From an uncultured Candidatus Saccharibacteria bacterium (GTDB taxonomy: Bacteria; Patescibacteriota; Doudnabacteria; UBA920), in assembly GCA_964436545.1 (NCBI GenBank), contig CAYTCJ010000002.1, positions 26,111 through 90,110 of the forward strand: a stretch of 64,000 bases of DNA, read 5' to 3'. This document shows, in pieces, positions 1 to 8,660 of the stretch; the stretch's first letter is position 1, and each line of letters begins with the position of its first letter. The position numbers were made by a program, and so were the translations under genes. The notes beneath the pieces are model-generated. The model was not told the DNA's origin. It did not search any database and saw nothing but the letters and a program-made list of their open reading frames with translations.

Positions 1-961
1 TGAGGGTCGTCAAACCGTTTTACCTTTAGCCGGCTACAAACAAGTTAAGCCAATGGTCTATGCGACAATTTTTCCCACCAGTGGCGACGACTACCCTTTG
101 CTGAGAGAAGCAATGGGTAAATTAAAACTTTCCGATGCGGCTGTTGAGTATGAGCCAATCAATATTCCCTCCATTGGCTTTGGGTTTCGAACCGGATTTT
201 TAGGCCTTTTGCATATGGATATTGTCCAAGAACGGCTTTCTCGGGAATACGATTTAGACTTAGTTCTCACCGCTCCCAGTGTGGAATATAGAATTATCAA
301 ATCCGATAAAACTGAAATGACAATTCATAATCCGGCTGAATTTCCCGACCCTTCGGTATTGCAGGCGATTTATGAACCGTGGATGAAAGTAGCTATTCTC
401 ACTCCGCCTGAATACATTGGTCCGATTATGGAAATCGCCACCCAACGCCGAGCCATTTCCGGAGATTTAAATTACATTGGCCAAACGCGGGTGGAAATGT
501 TTTTTGAAATGCCTCTGGCATCCATAATTATAGATTTTTATGACAAGTTAAAATCCGTATCCAGTGGCTACGCAAGTTTAAACTATGACTTTTTAGAAGA
601 ACGAATGGGGGATTTGGTTAAGGTGGATATCCTGGTGGCCGGAGAAAAAGTCGATGCGCTTTCCACCATAATGCACCGAAGCAGTGCAGTCAACGAAGGT
701 AAAGATTTAGTGGAAAGACTGAAGCAGTTAATACCCAAACATCAGTTTGAAATTGCCATTCAAGCCACCATTGGGGCAAAAGTTATTGCCAGAGAAACCA
801 TTTCCGCCTTAAGAAAAGACGTCACCGGTTACCTCTACGGCGGTGACGTGACCCGAAAAATGAAACTCCTGAACAAACAAAAAAAGGGCAAAAAACGAAT
901 GAAGCAAATTGGGAAAGTGGAAATTCCCCAAGATGCTTTTTTAGCAGTCTTAAAACAATAA
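1..961 (+). CDS. lepA: Elongation factor 4 (LepA), C-terminal part. The gene starts upstream of the window.
   Basis: Translation shows LepA C-terminal domains (VEYEPINIPSIGFGFRTGFLGLLHMDIVQERL ... conserved LepA_C tail). There is no start codon in the window and the ORF is open to the left edge. Confidence 0.85.
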   Translation, partial: EGRQTVLPLAGYKQVKPMVYATIFPTSGDDYPLLREAMGKLKLSDAAVEYEPINIPSIGFGFRTGFLGLLHMDIVQERLSREYDLDLVLTAPSVEYRIIKSDKTEMTIHNPAEFPDPSVLQAIYEPWMKVAILTPPEYIGPIMEIATQRRAISGDLNYIGQTRVEMFFEMPLASIIIDFYDKLKSVSSGYASLNYDFLEERMGDLVKVDILVAGEKVDALSTIMHRSSAVNEGKDLVERLKQLIPKHQFEIAIQATIGAKVIARETISALRKDVTGYLYGGDVTRKMKLLNKQKKGKKRMKQIGKVEIPQDAFLAVLKQ

Positions 962-964
962 CCT

Positions 965-1066
965 ATGTTTAACAACCGAAAACGCATTAACCAAATTATG
1001 TACGGGCTGGCGGTGTTAATTATTATTTCAATGGTGCTTTTAACTTTAGGCCAATCATTTTTGTAA
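965..1066 (+). CDS. Possible 33-aa small hydrophobic peptide (MFNNRKRINQIMYGLAVLIIISMVLLTLGQSFL)
   Basis: Short ORF read manually. It has one predicted TM helix and its stop overlaps the start of the next gene (ATGTTTAAA). There is no homology evidence. Confidence 0.2.
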   Translation: MFNNRKRINQIMYGLAVLIIISMVLLTLGQSFL

Positions 1067-1539
1067 TGTTTAAATTTACTCTTCACGAAGGAGAAACTTT
1101 ATTTAAAGTCTTTAGACAATCAAAGGCGATTTTAATTTTTCCATTCATTACTTCCTTGTTTTTAATGTATATTCCTTGGAAATTTTTAATTTCTTATGAT
1201 TTAAGAGACAAATTTTCCGATGTTTTATTAATTTGGACTATCGGGGTGCTGTTGTGGATTTTTAACAAGTATCTATTGTGGTTAATAAATATTTATATCA
1301 TTACCAATAAACGCTTAATTGTCTTAAATTATAAAAATGTATTGCACAAGATCGTTTTAGAAACCCCTTTGGAACGGATACATAACATTAGTTCTGAAAT
1401 TCACGGTTTGTGGGGCTCTGTGCTTAAAATCGGCAATGTGGTGGTGCAAATCGCTTCTTTAAGCCAGCCACTGGTATTAAGCAATTTAAAATATCCGGAA
1501 AAGCTTAAAGATTTTTTGTGGCAATCTCACCTAAAATAA
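1066..1539 (+). CDS. Membrane protein with bacterial PH (bPH_2/YdbS-like) domain
   Basis: Two N-terminal TM helices followed by an NKRLIVLNYKNVLHKIVLETPLERIHNI ... VLKIGNVVVQ pattern typical of YdbS/YdbT bPH domains. Confidence 0.5.
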   Translation: MFKFTLHEGETLFKVFRQSKAILIFPFITSLFLMYIPWKFLISYDLRDKFSDVLLIWTIGVLLWIFNKYLLWLINIYIITNKRLIVLNYKNVLHKIVLETPLERIHNISSEIHGLWGSVLKIGNVVVQIASLSQPLVLSNLKYPEKLKDFLWQSHLK

Positions 1540-1542
1540 CTT

Positions 1543-1926
1543 ATGAAAAAAGGCTTTTGGTATTCCAGATCGGCAATTTTAATTTTACTGCTTTTAGCTG
1601 TCTTTTTGGGTTATCAAAAAATTTCACAATACCGATTACAAAGCTCAATTGAAAAGGAAAAGTTGGCTCTGCAAAAACAAATTGCCGAGTTGGAAAAAAA
1701 TAATACCGATTTGGAACAAACTTTAAACTTTTTAAATTCCGAAGAATATAAAGAACTCATTGCCAGACAACAGCTGAATATGCAAAAATCCGGAGAACAG
1801 ACTTACAATTTTTCTGCCAAAAATAATTTGGCAACCGACGCCAATTCAGACACAAAGCCTCAATCAAATTTTCAAAAATGGTTAAGTTATTTTTTAAATC
1901 AAAACCCCTCTCATGCAAACAACTAG
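1543..1926 (+). CDS. FtsB/DivIC-like septum formation initiator
   Basis: N-terminal TM helix, then a coiled coil, then the SEEYKELIARQQLNMQKSGEQTY motif resembling the FtsB/DivIC signature (EEYIEeiAReqLgmvkpGE). Confidence 0.55.
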   Translation: MKKGFWYSRSAILILLLLAVFLGYQKISQYRLQSSIEKEKLALQKQIAELEKNNTDLEQTLNFLNSEEYKELIARQQLNMQKSGEQTYNFSAKNNLATDANSDTKPQSNFQKWLSYFLNQNPSHANN

Positions 1927-2713
1927 CTTAAAAACTTTAAAGATTTTACTTTTAGTGGGCCTAGTGGCTTTGGTGACCGCACTGTTAATTTTAACTAGCC
2001 AAAGTCCGCTTAAAGTAAAACTGTTAAAAAAATTCCCCGTACCGTTTATTTGGGTAGGCAACTTACCCATTTACAGCAACGAGTTTTTTTACCGACTATC
2101 GCTTTTACCTTTAGAATCACAGACTTTGGAAGTCAAACAAAATTTATTAAAACAATTAGTCTTTGAAAAGCAATTAAAACTGATTTTTAGCTCAAAAACT
2201 TCCGCCTTGCAAAATGCCAATCGATTTTTACAAACCTCAGAAACCGCTTATTCGTCACGTTCGCTTAAACTTGCCGGTCAAGTCAAAGCTCAAACAGATG
2301 CCTACAAATTTTGGTTTAACTCCCAAACCAATCTAAACACCGAGGCTTACAGGCGGGCCGAATATATTCTTACCAAATTAAATGAGGCCTCTGAATTTGA
2401 CGATTTAGCCAAACAATACAATCAAGACAACCTTTCCAAAGAACTAAACGGGGATTTGGGGTATGTAAAATTAAAAGCTGTGCTTTGGGAACTTCAAGAA
2501 CCGTTAGCTAAGGCGGAGGTGAATCAAGTACTGTTATTACCCAGCAGAAAAGGTCTCCATATTCTTAAGGTGCAAAATAAAAAGCCTGTGGAAAATCAAG
2601 AAACTATGCTATACTTAAAGCAAATTTTTATCCAGCCAGCTGATTTTTCTGCTTGGGTAAATACACAATCGAAAAAAATAAAAATAATCTCTTTACTAAA
2701 AATTTATGAATAA
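1913..2713 (+). CDS. Membrane-anchored parvulin-type peptidyl-prolyl isomerase (PpiC/PrsA-like)
   Basis: N-terminal TM helix. C-terminal FDDLAKQYNQDNLSKELNGDLGYVK ... KGLHILKV resembles the PpiC rotamase motif (FeelAkkySqD..s...GGdLGwf ... GyHiik). Confidence 0.55.
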   Translation: MQTTSLKTLKILLLVGLVALVTALLILTSQSPLKVKLLKKFPVPFIWVGNLPIYSNEFFYRLSLLPLESQTLEVKQNLLKQLVFEKQLKLIFSSKTSALQNANRFLQTSETAYSSRSLKLAGQVKAQTDAYKFWFNSQTNLNTEAYRRAEYILTKLNEASEFDDLAKQYNQDNLSKELNGDLGYVKLKAVLWELQEPLAKAEVNQVLLLPSRKGLHILKVQNKKPVENQETMLYLKQIFIQPADFSAWVNTQSKKIKIISLLKIYE

Positions 2714-4454
2714 CGACGTAGTTAAGTACATTGAAGAGGCTACTAATGCCAAAATTAGTGAGCTGGAAATTAAGAGGAATTTACTGGAAGCCGGATGGGA
2801 CCCGAGCATAGTTGAGGCTTCCTGGGCTCATTATAAAGCAAATAAAAACCGGCCCATTGCAAATAAAGACGAAGAATTAACTCTTAAACCCTTAAATACC
2901 TCACCGGCTGAACCATTAAAGACTAGTAGTGCTCAGTTGGCAACCAAGCAAATCCCAACCGATCATCCGGCGATTGGCTTAAGGTTAAATAAAAAATTAA
3001 AATTAGTTATTTTAGCTGTTCTGGGTTTATTTTTTCTTGTGGCTCTCGCCTATGTTTTTTATACCTATGTCTACGCCAGCCCCGGCAGAATTTGGGAAAA
3101 ATTTACCGAGCAATCACCCGAAAAAGTTTTTTCTAATGAATTTGAATTCGCTTATACCGATGAAACAAACTCTGAGCCGGTTGACGAAAAAACTCTCCCC
3201 ATAAAAAATTTAAAACTTAGCTTAAATGGTAAGGCGTATAACGATGTCCGTAACCAAGAAACTTCTCAAAGCAGTTCTGAAATAAACTATGCTTTTACCA
3301 ACGGCAACACCACTATTTCTACCGGATTTAGCTATAAACTTTTTGACAACAAACTATACATTAATGTGGGGGATAATCCTTACTTAAGCTCAATGCTATC
3401 CCAGCTGGATCCTGATAAAAAAATTGAATGGTTGATGCTAGATTTAAATAAACTCAAAGCCAAACTAAACAGTGAAAACGCGAAGGAGTTAAACCAAATC
3501 AACGGGGTCTTGAATCCGGAGTTAACCGCGGATTTAAAACAGTTATGGCAAAATACCACCTTGGTTAAAATTGACAAATTCTTAGGTAAAGAAAAAATTA
3601 ACGGCATTGGCACCTTCCATTTTAGTCATTCACTCGATAAACAAGCTCTGACAGCAACCCTAAATGCATTGGTGGACAAATTAATGGGCGCGGTAAATAA
3701 AAACGGTCAGAAAATTTCCCTTGAACAACTACAACTTGTTAAAACCACTCTCAGCGAAATAGTGGCAAAAATTGAAATTCAAAGCTTTGAAACTTGGGTT
3801 GGAACCAAAGACTTTAGGCTTTACAAAGTTAAATTGCAAACTAACGCACCCTCTATAATTTCCATAATCGATGTTGCTTTTAAAGAAGTCAGAGGAAAAT
3901 CCCGAGATGCCAAAAGACTGGCGGATATCAGACAAATGGCCAGTGCCTTGGAATTATATTTCAATGATAAAGGCAAATATCCGGAAGGCAAAGAGGGGAG
4001 TCCGGTAAATCTTGCACCAAATTATATTGGCTTAGTGCCCACAGCCCCCACTCCGGCCGATGGCAATTGCACAGACTACTTTAATACTTATTGGTATGAA
4101 CAAAAAAATAAAGGCCAATCCTATGAATATTCTTTTTGTATTGCCGAGGATGTAGGGGGCTACAAAGCCGGCATTCTAAAATTAACCCCGTCGGGAATAA
4201 CGGAAGTAAAAGAGTGTCCCACCACACCGGACAAATGCTATAAAACCGGAAGCAAAATTGAAACAAGTGAATCTGAAACTACAGCCAAACAAAACACGGA
4301 ACTCCAAATAAAAGATATGGTTGATAAAATCAAATTTAGTGCCGGCCTAAGCCTTAGCGCCGAATATTCCGATTATGGCGTAGTTAAACCCATTACAGCG
4401 CCTGAAGGAGCTTTTGACTTAGTTGATTATATTGATAATCAGCCTGGGTTATAA
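2706..4454 (+). CDS. Large membrane-anchored protein with C-terminal type IV pilin/pseudopilin-like globular domain
   Basis: TM helix around residues 100-125. The C-terminal region (RGKSRDAKRLADIRQMASALELYFNDKGKYP...PTAPTPADGNCT...) matches the CPR pilin-like motif and is a close paralog of the downstream 139-aa pilin. Confidence 0.5.
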   Translation: MNNDVVKYIEEATNAKISELEIKRNLLEAGWDPSIVEASWAHYKANKNRPIANKDEELTLKPLNTSPAEPLKTSSAQLATKQIPTDHPAIGLRLNKKLKLVILAVLGLFFLVALAYVFYTYVYASPGRIWEKFTEQSPEKVFSNEFEFAYTDETNSEPVDEKTLPIKNLKLSLNGKAYNDVRNQETSQSSSEINYAFTNGNTTISTGFSYKLFDNKLYINVGDNPYLSSMLSQLDPDKKIEWLMLDLNKLKAKLNSENAKELNQINGVLNPELTADLKQLWQNTTLVKIDKFLGKEKINGIGTFHFSHSLDKQALTATLNALVDKLMGAVNKNGQKISLEQLQLVKTTLSEIVAKIEIQSFETWVGTKDFRLYKVKLQTNAPSIISIIDVAFKEVRGKSRDAKRLADIRQMASALELYFNDKGKYPEGKEGSPVNLAPNYIGLVPTAPTPADGNCTDYFNTYWYEQKNKGQSYEYSFCIAEDVGGYKAGILKLTPSGITEVKECPTTPDKCYKTGSKIETSESETTAKQNTELQIKDMVDKIKFSAGLSLSAEYSDYGVVKPITAPEGAFDLVDYIDNQPGL

Positions 4455-4462
4455 AAATCTTT

Positions 4463-4882
4463 ATGTTGCTTAAACCACTCAAAAATTCGGAAAAAGGCTT
4501 TATTATCTTTCCCGGATTAGAAGGATTAGCCATAATTGCGGGAACTGTAGCTTCTGTGGTTTTGTTAACCTTAAACTCTGCCAGACTCAAATCCAGAGAT
4601 GCAAAACGTTTGGCGGACATCAGAGTTATCTCATCTTCACTGGAATTGTATTACGATGCACATTCCACATACCCGGAAAATTTAAAGTTACTAGAACCTC
4701 TATATATTGGTACGATTCCAACCCCACCCACGCCCCCTGATGGCAATTGCACAACGGAACAAAATAATTATAATTATACTAGAATTAATAAAAGTCAATA
4801 TTCATTAACTTTTTGTTTGGGACAAACTACTTCTAGCTATCACTTGGGAGTTAGAACACTCACTGAAAAGGGGATTAAATAA
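4463..4882 (+). CDS. Type IV pilin-like protein
   Basis: Prepilin-like N-terminus (KGFIIFPGLEGLAIIAGTVASVVLLTL) followed by SRDAKRLADIRVISSSLELYY ... PTPPTPPDGNCT. It is highly similar to the C-terminus of the preceding 582-aa protein. Confidence 0.55.
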   Translation: MLLKPLKNSEKGFIIFPGLEGLAIIAGTVASVVLLTLNSARLKSRDAKRLADIRVISSSLELYYDAHSTYPENLKLLEPLYIGTIPTPPTPPDGNCTTEQNNYNYTRINKSQYSLTFCLGQTTSSYHLGVRTLTEKGIK

Positions 4883-4883
4883 C

Positions 4884-5684
4884 ATGAAAATTGGTATTTT
4901 CGATTCAGGTTTAGGCGGTTTGGTAATCACCAAAGCAATTATTAGACTTTTACCCCAATACGATTATATTTACTTAGGCGACACCAAGCATTTACCTTAT
5001 GGTGAAAAGTCCCCAGCGGAGATTTACCGCTTAACCAGACAAGCGGTTGATTTTTTATTTAAAAACCAGTGTCAACTCGTAATTGTGGCGTGCAATACCG
5101 CTTCGGCTTTGGCTTTAAGAAAAATTCAACAACAATATCTGCCAAAAAAATATCCGGATAAGAGAGTCTTGGGCGTCATTATACCCACCTTGGAAGAGGC
5201 AAGCTATAAACTGAAACACAAAAATTTTGGAGTTATTGGCACAAAAGCCACAATTCATTCCCACATTTATAAAAAAGAACTGCAAAAAATCGATTCTCAG
5301 GCTAAAATCCGGGAAATTGCCACTCCAAAACTAGTGCCGCTAATTGAAAAAAATGCTTTACAAACAGCACAAAAATATTTAAAATTATACCTAAAGCCCT
5401 TAATTAACCAAAAGCTTGATGCGCTTATTTTAGGCTGTACGCATTACCCTTTACTTAAGGAAACTTGCCAAATATTATTAGGCAAAGAAGTGGCGATTAT
5501 CAGTCAGGACGAAATTATTCCAAAAAAACTTGCTTACTACCTAAAAAAGCACCCGAGTATGGCAAGTAAGCTATCTAAGCATAAAGCAAGAAGTTTTTTT
5601 GTTTCGGCTAAAAATAAAACCTTTGCCACCGTTGCAAAACAGCTTTTTGGAAAAGCTATTCCATTTAACTTAGCTAAGTATTAA
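4884..5684 (+). CDS. murI: Glutamate racemase
   Basis: MKIGIFDSGLGGL, VACNTASA and ILGCTHYPLL motifs of MurI. Confidence 0.85.
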   Translation: MKIGIFDSGLGGLVITKAIIRLLPQYDYIYLGDTKHLPYGEKSPAEIYRLTRQAVDFLFKNQCQLVIVACNTASALALRKIQQQYLPKKYPDKRVLGVIIPTLEEASYKLKHKNFGVIGTKATIHSHIYKKELQKIDSQAKIREIATPKLVPLIEKNALQTAQKYLKLYLKPLINQKLDALILGCTHYPLLKETCQILLGKEVAIISQDEIIPKKLAYYLKKHPSMASKLSKHKARSFFVSAKNKTFATVAKQLFGKAIPFNLAKY

Positions 5685-5735
5685 TTTGCAAGGATTACCG
5701 GTGCTCGCCCTGTTAAATCTCTGGCCAAGAAGCTC

Positions 5736-5751
5736 TCCGCCAGCTGGCGGA
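5736..5751. promoter_or_regulatory. Perfect 16-bp palindrome TCCGCCAGCTGGCGGA (copy 1 of 2)
   Basis: Read directly from the sequence. A near-identical copy (TCCGCCAACTGGCGGA) lies at 27620-27635. It is intergenic, upstream of tRNA-Thr. Confidence 0.3.
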
Positions 5752-5779
5752 TGGTAGACCTGCCCGCCAGTCGCCTAGC

Positions 5780-5855
5780 GCCGAAATAGCTCAACTGGTA
5801 GAGCAGCGGTATCGTAAACCGCAGGTTGTGGGTTCAAGTCCCACTTTCGGCTCCA
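5780..5855 (+). tRNA. tRNA-Thr (anticodon CGU)
   Basis: Manual cloverleaf fold. Acceptor stem GCCGAAA pairs with TTTCGGC. D-arm is GCTC/GAGC. Anticodon stem GCGGT/ACCGC carries loop ATCGTAA, giving anticodon CGT. T-arm is GTGGG-TTCAAGT-CCCAC. Discriminator U followed by CCA. Confidence 0.85.
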
Positions 5856-6018
5856 TAAATAACAGGGTAAAGTAAACCATAGGCATGCCCCGCAGTAATC
5901 CGTAAGGATTTACTACCGAGGTCGTAAGTTTCCCCCCACGTCAAGACTTCGGGGACAGGCAATTTTGATCTTCGTCTCCAACAAACTAAAAAAAACTTTC
6001 TGTCAAGCCTTTTAACTC

Positions 6019-6047
6019 TTGACATAAAAAGTCATTTTTTCTATTAT
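6019..6047 (+). promoter_or_regulatory. Sigma70-like promoter of the atp operon (TTGACA, 17-nt spacer, TATTAT)
   Basis: TTGACA at 6019-6024 and TATTAT at 6042-6047, located 35 nt upstream of the first atp gene. Confidence 0.4.
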
Positions 6048-6082
6048 TTAAGCGGAAATATAAAAAGTAAAAGCCAATCTTA

Positions 6083-6430
6083 ATGAATAAACCAATAAAT
6101 AAAGATGACTTTATTGTGCCGGGAAGAATTAGCCTGGACGAGCTTCATAAACAGGAAAACGATTTAAAAGAAGCGCAAAAGGCGACCTCTGGTAACGCCA
6201 CCTCTTCTCAAAAAATTTTTAAAGCGGTTTCGCTTTATGGGGTAGCTATTGATTTTGCTTTAATTATTGCCATCCCGCTTATTGTGTTAGTGTGGGTGGG
6301 AAAATTTTTAGATGATAAATACGAGACTAAGTTTTTTATATTGATTGGTTTAGCAATAGCCTTAATTGTAAGTATTATTGGTTTAAAAAATCAAATTAAA
6401 CGCTTACAAGAATTAATGAAGAAAAAATAA
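6083..6430 (+). CDS. AtpZ/AtpI-like small membrane protein preceding the ATP synthase genes
   Basis: Small two-TM protein (LYGVAIDFALIIAIPLIVLVWVGKFLDDKYETKFFILIGL) whose stop overlaps the atpB start. This position and pattern are typical of AtpZ/AtpI. Confidence 0.5.
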   Translation: MNKPINKDDFIVPGRISLDELHKQENDLKEAQKATSGNATSSQKIFKAVSLYGVAIDFALIIAIPLIVLVWVGKFLDDKYETKFFILIGLAIALIVSIIGLKNQIKRLQELMKKK

Positions 6431-7287
6431 TGTTACTACTTTTACCTCCTTTAGCGGCTGAAACACTTTTTACCATTAAAAGTTTTCCCATTAGTAATTC
6501 GTTAATCAACTCCTCCATCGCAGTGGTGCTTTTTGGTATTTTGGCTTTTTTTGTAAATCGGGGAATAAAAAAATACTATTCTAAACCCATTGCCCCAAAA
6601 GCCTTTATTAATTTCTGCGAATGGGTAATTGAAACGCTTTTCGGTTATTTCGATCAAGTCACCGGCGATAGAAAAAAAACCATAAAATTTTTGCCAATTG
6701 TAGGCAGTTTTTTCTTTTTTATTTTAATCTCCAACTGGATGGGTTTGTTGCCAGGCACCGGTTCTTTGGGTTTGTATGGACTCCACCATGGAAAAATTGA
6801 ACTTATTCCACTCCTCAGACCTGCCAACGCAGACCTCAATACCACCTTGGGTTTGGCAATTTTTGCCGTAATCGCTTCCCATGTTTTGGGAATTATGGCA
6901 ATTGGCTTTTTTAAATACGCCAATAAATTCATTAAACTCGGAGATATTTACAAAGCCATTATTAGCTTTAATCCGGTAAAAATCTTGGTGGCAGTAATTG
7001 AATTTTTTGTAGGTTTTATTGAAATTTTTTCCGAAGTGGCTAAAATGGTGTCGTTATCTTTGCGGTTATATGGTAACATTTTTGCCGGCGAAGTCTTACT
7101 TACTGTCATTGCCTCATTAATTCAAGGTTATGGAGCTTTTGGGATTCCCTTACCCTTTATTGCTTTGGAACTGATTGTGGGGATTGTGCAGGCAACCGTA
7201 TTTTCTATGTTAACTTTGGTTTACCTGACCATTGCCACAGCAGAAATTCATTCTCACGAAGCGGAAGGTGAGGCCCATACTGCCTAA
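6430..7287 (+). CDS. atpB: F0F1 ATP synthase subunit a
   Basis: Polytopic membrane protein with the LRLYGNIFAGEVLL motif. Confidence 0.9.
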   Translation: MLLLLPPLAAETLFTIKSFPISNSLINSSIAVVLFGILAFFVNRGIKKYYSKPIAPKAFINFCEWVIETLFGYFDQVTGDRKKTIKFLPIVGSFFFFILISNWMGLLPGTGSLGLYGLHHGKIELIPLLRPANADLNTTLGLAIFAVIASHVLGIMAIGFFKYANKFIKLGDIYKAIISFNPVKILVAVIEFFVGFIEIFSEVAKMVSLSLRLYGNIFAGEVLLTVIASLIQGYGAFGIPLPFIALELIVGIVQATVFSMLTLVYLTIATAEIHSHEAEGEAHTA

Positions 7288-7406
7288 ATTATTTTTAGCA
7301 TCTAAAATCTAATTGCTTTGGATTTTAGAATTTAAATTTAATCTCACCACAGGCGACATTAAACTAACAAAATCAACTTGTCGACCAAGGTGACGAAAGG
7401 AAAATT

Positions 7407-7625
7407 ATGGATGCAGAAACAACTCAACTTTTAGCCAAGGCCGGAACCATTGCCATTGGGGGAATGATGCCAGCTTACGCAATTGGCAAAACCGCCACTA
7501 AGGCTATGGAAAGTATAGGCAGAAACCCAGAAGCCGCGGAAAAACTCTTCGTGCCATTGTTGTTAGGTATGGCTTTTGCGGAAGCCATTGCCATTTACGC
7601 TTTGGTAGTAACCTTTACGCTTTAA
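7407..7625 (+). CDS. atpE: F0F1 ATP synthase subunit c
   Basis: 72-aa two-helix proteolipid (GAGTIAIGG ... LLGMAFAEAIAIYALVV). An RBS (AAAGGA) is present upstream and a hairpin follows the preceding atpB. Confidence 0.9.
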   Translation: MDAETTQLLAKAGTIAIGGMMPAYAIGKTATKAMESIGRNPEAAEKLFVPLLLGMAFAEAIAIYALVVTFTL

Positions 7626-7696
7626 TTTGTTGGCAAATTGGCGCCCCAAAATTTGGGGCTCCAGCTTTGCAAATAAATAATTATTAACCAACACTT

Positions 7697-8263
7697 ATGG
7701 AAATATTAGATATTATTGTAAAAGTTGCTTATGCCGCTAAAGAAACAACCGCGGAAGCAGAAAATGCCAATCCGGGTTTACTTGGCACCTTTGGCATAAA
7801 CTGGAAACTGTTTATTGCTCAACTGATTAATTTCAGCATTGTGGTTTTTTTGTTAAGTAAATATGTGTTTGGTCCCATTTCCAAAAAATTATCCGAGCGC
7901 AGTGAAAAAATTCAAATTGCCTTAGATGATGCCAAACGCATTGAAGAAGAAAAAGCCGAATTTGAAGCATGGAAAACCGATGCCGAAACCAAGGCCAGAC
8001 AAGAAGCCTCCAATATAATTACCTCGGCCACCACAGAGGCTGAAATGCAAAAAAAACAAATTTTGGAGCAAACTCGTTTGGAGCAAAGTAAAATCGTGGC
8101 CGGCGCCAAAGCCCAAATTGCAGACGAGGAAGCCAAAATGGTAAGTAGTGTAAAAGGCGAAATGGCGGACATGATTACCAAAGCCACGGAAAAAGTTTTA
8201 CACGAAAAAATCGATCCGAAGAAAGATTCGGAATTAATAAAGAAAGCTTTAAAAGAAATCTAG
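7697..8263 (+). CDS. atpF: F0F1 ATP synthase subunit b
   Basis: Single N-terminal TM helix followed by a long charged coiled coil. Position in the operon is consistent. Confidence 0.8.
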   Translation: MEILDIIVKVAYAAKETTAEAENANPGLLGTFGINWKLFIAQLINFSIVVFLLSKYVFGPISKKLSERSEKIQIALDDAKRIEEEKAEFEAWKTDAETKARQEASNIITSATTEAEMQKKQILEQTRLEQSKIVAGAKAQIADEEAKMVSSVKGEMADMITKATEKVLHEKIDPKKDSELIKKALKEI

Positions 8264-8266
8264 GCA

Positions 8267-8656
8267 ATGAAATTTACACCCAAACATTATGCCAGCGCCT
8301 TATTTTCCGCTTTAAATGAAACTGAGGCAAAATCTCACGATAAGGTTTTAGATAATTTTGTAGAAATTTTGCGCGCCAATGGTGATTTAAGTAAATTTCC
8401 GGAAATTGAATCGGAACTCAACCTTTTAACTTTAAAACAAAGAGGGATTTTGCCGGTAAACGTTACTACTGCCCGAAGCATAGATAACCCCGGAGTTTTA
8501 AAGGATTTAAATAATATTGTGGCCGGAAAGACCGAAGTAAAAAACCAAGTGGACAATTCCATACTGGGCGGAGTGGTAATACGTTCCGAAGATATTCTGT
8601 TTGACTCAAGTATAAAAACGCAATTAAACAACCTAAATCAATCATTAAAATCCTAA
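8267..8656 (+). CDS. atpH: F0F1 ATP synthase subunit delta (short, OSCP-like)
   Basis: Lies between atpF and atpA in the operon. Only 129 aa, so shorter than typical. No strong motif, so the call is based on position. Confidence 0.6.
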   Translation: MKFTPKHYASALFSALNETEAKSHDKVLDNFVEILRANGDLSKFPEIESELNLLTLKQRGILPVNVTTARSIDNPGVLKDLNNIVAGKTEVKNQVDNSILGGVVIRSEDILFDSSIKTQLNNLNQSLKS

Positions 8657-8660
8657 ATTT

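Noticed and set aside
5690-5780. Small SRP (4.5S) RNA upstream of tRNA-Thr
   Set aside because: There are some loose resemblances (CUGUUAAA..., GGAUGGUAG...). The universally conserved helix-8 GGAA/AGCAG core is absent, and the palindrome recurs at a second locus, which favours a DNA motif.
5834-6025. 63-aa minus-strand ORF overlapping the tRNA-Thr 3' end and the atp promoter
   Set aside because: It overlaps a confidently folded tRNA and a promoter. The translation is low-complexity with no start or RBS context. It is likely spurious.
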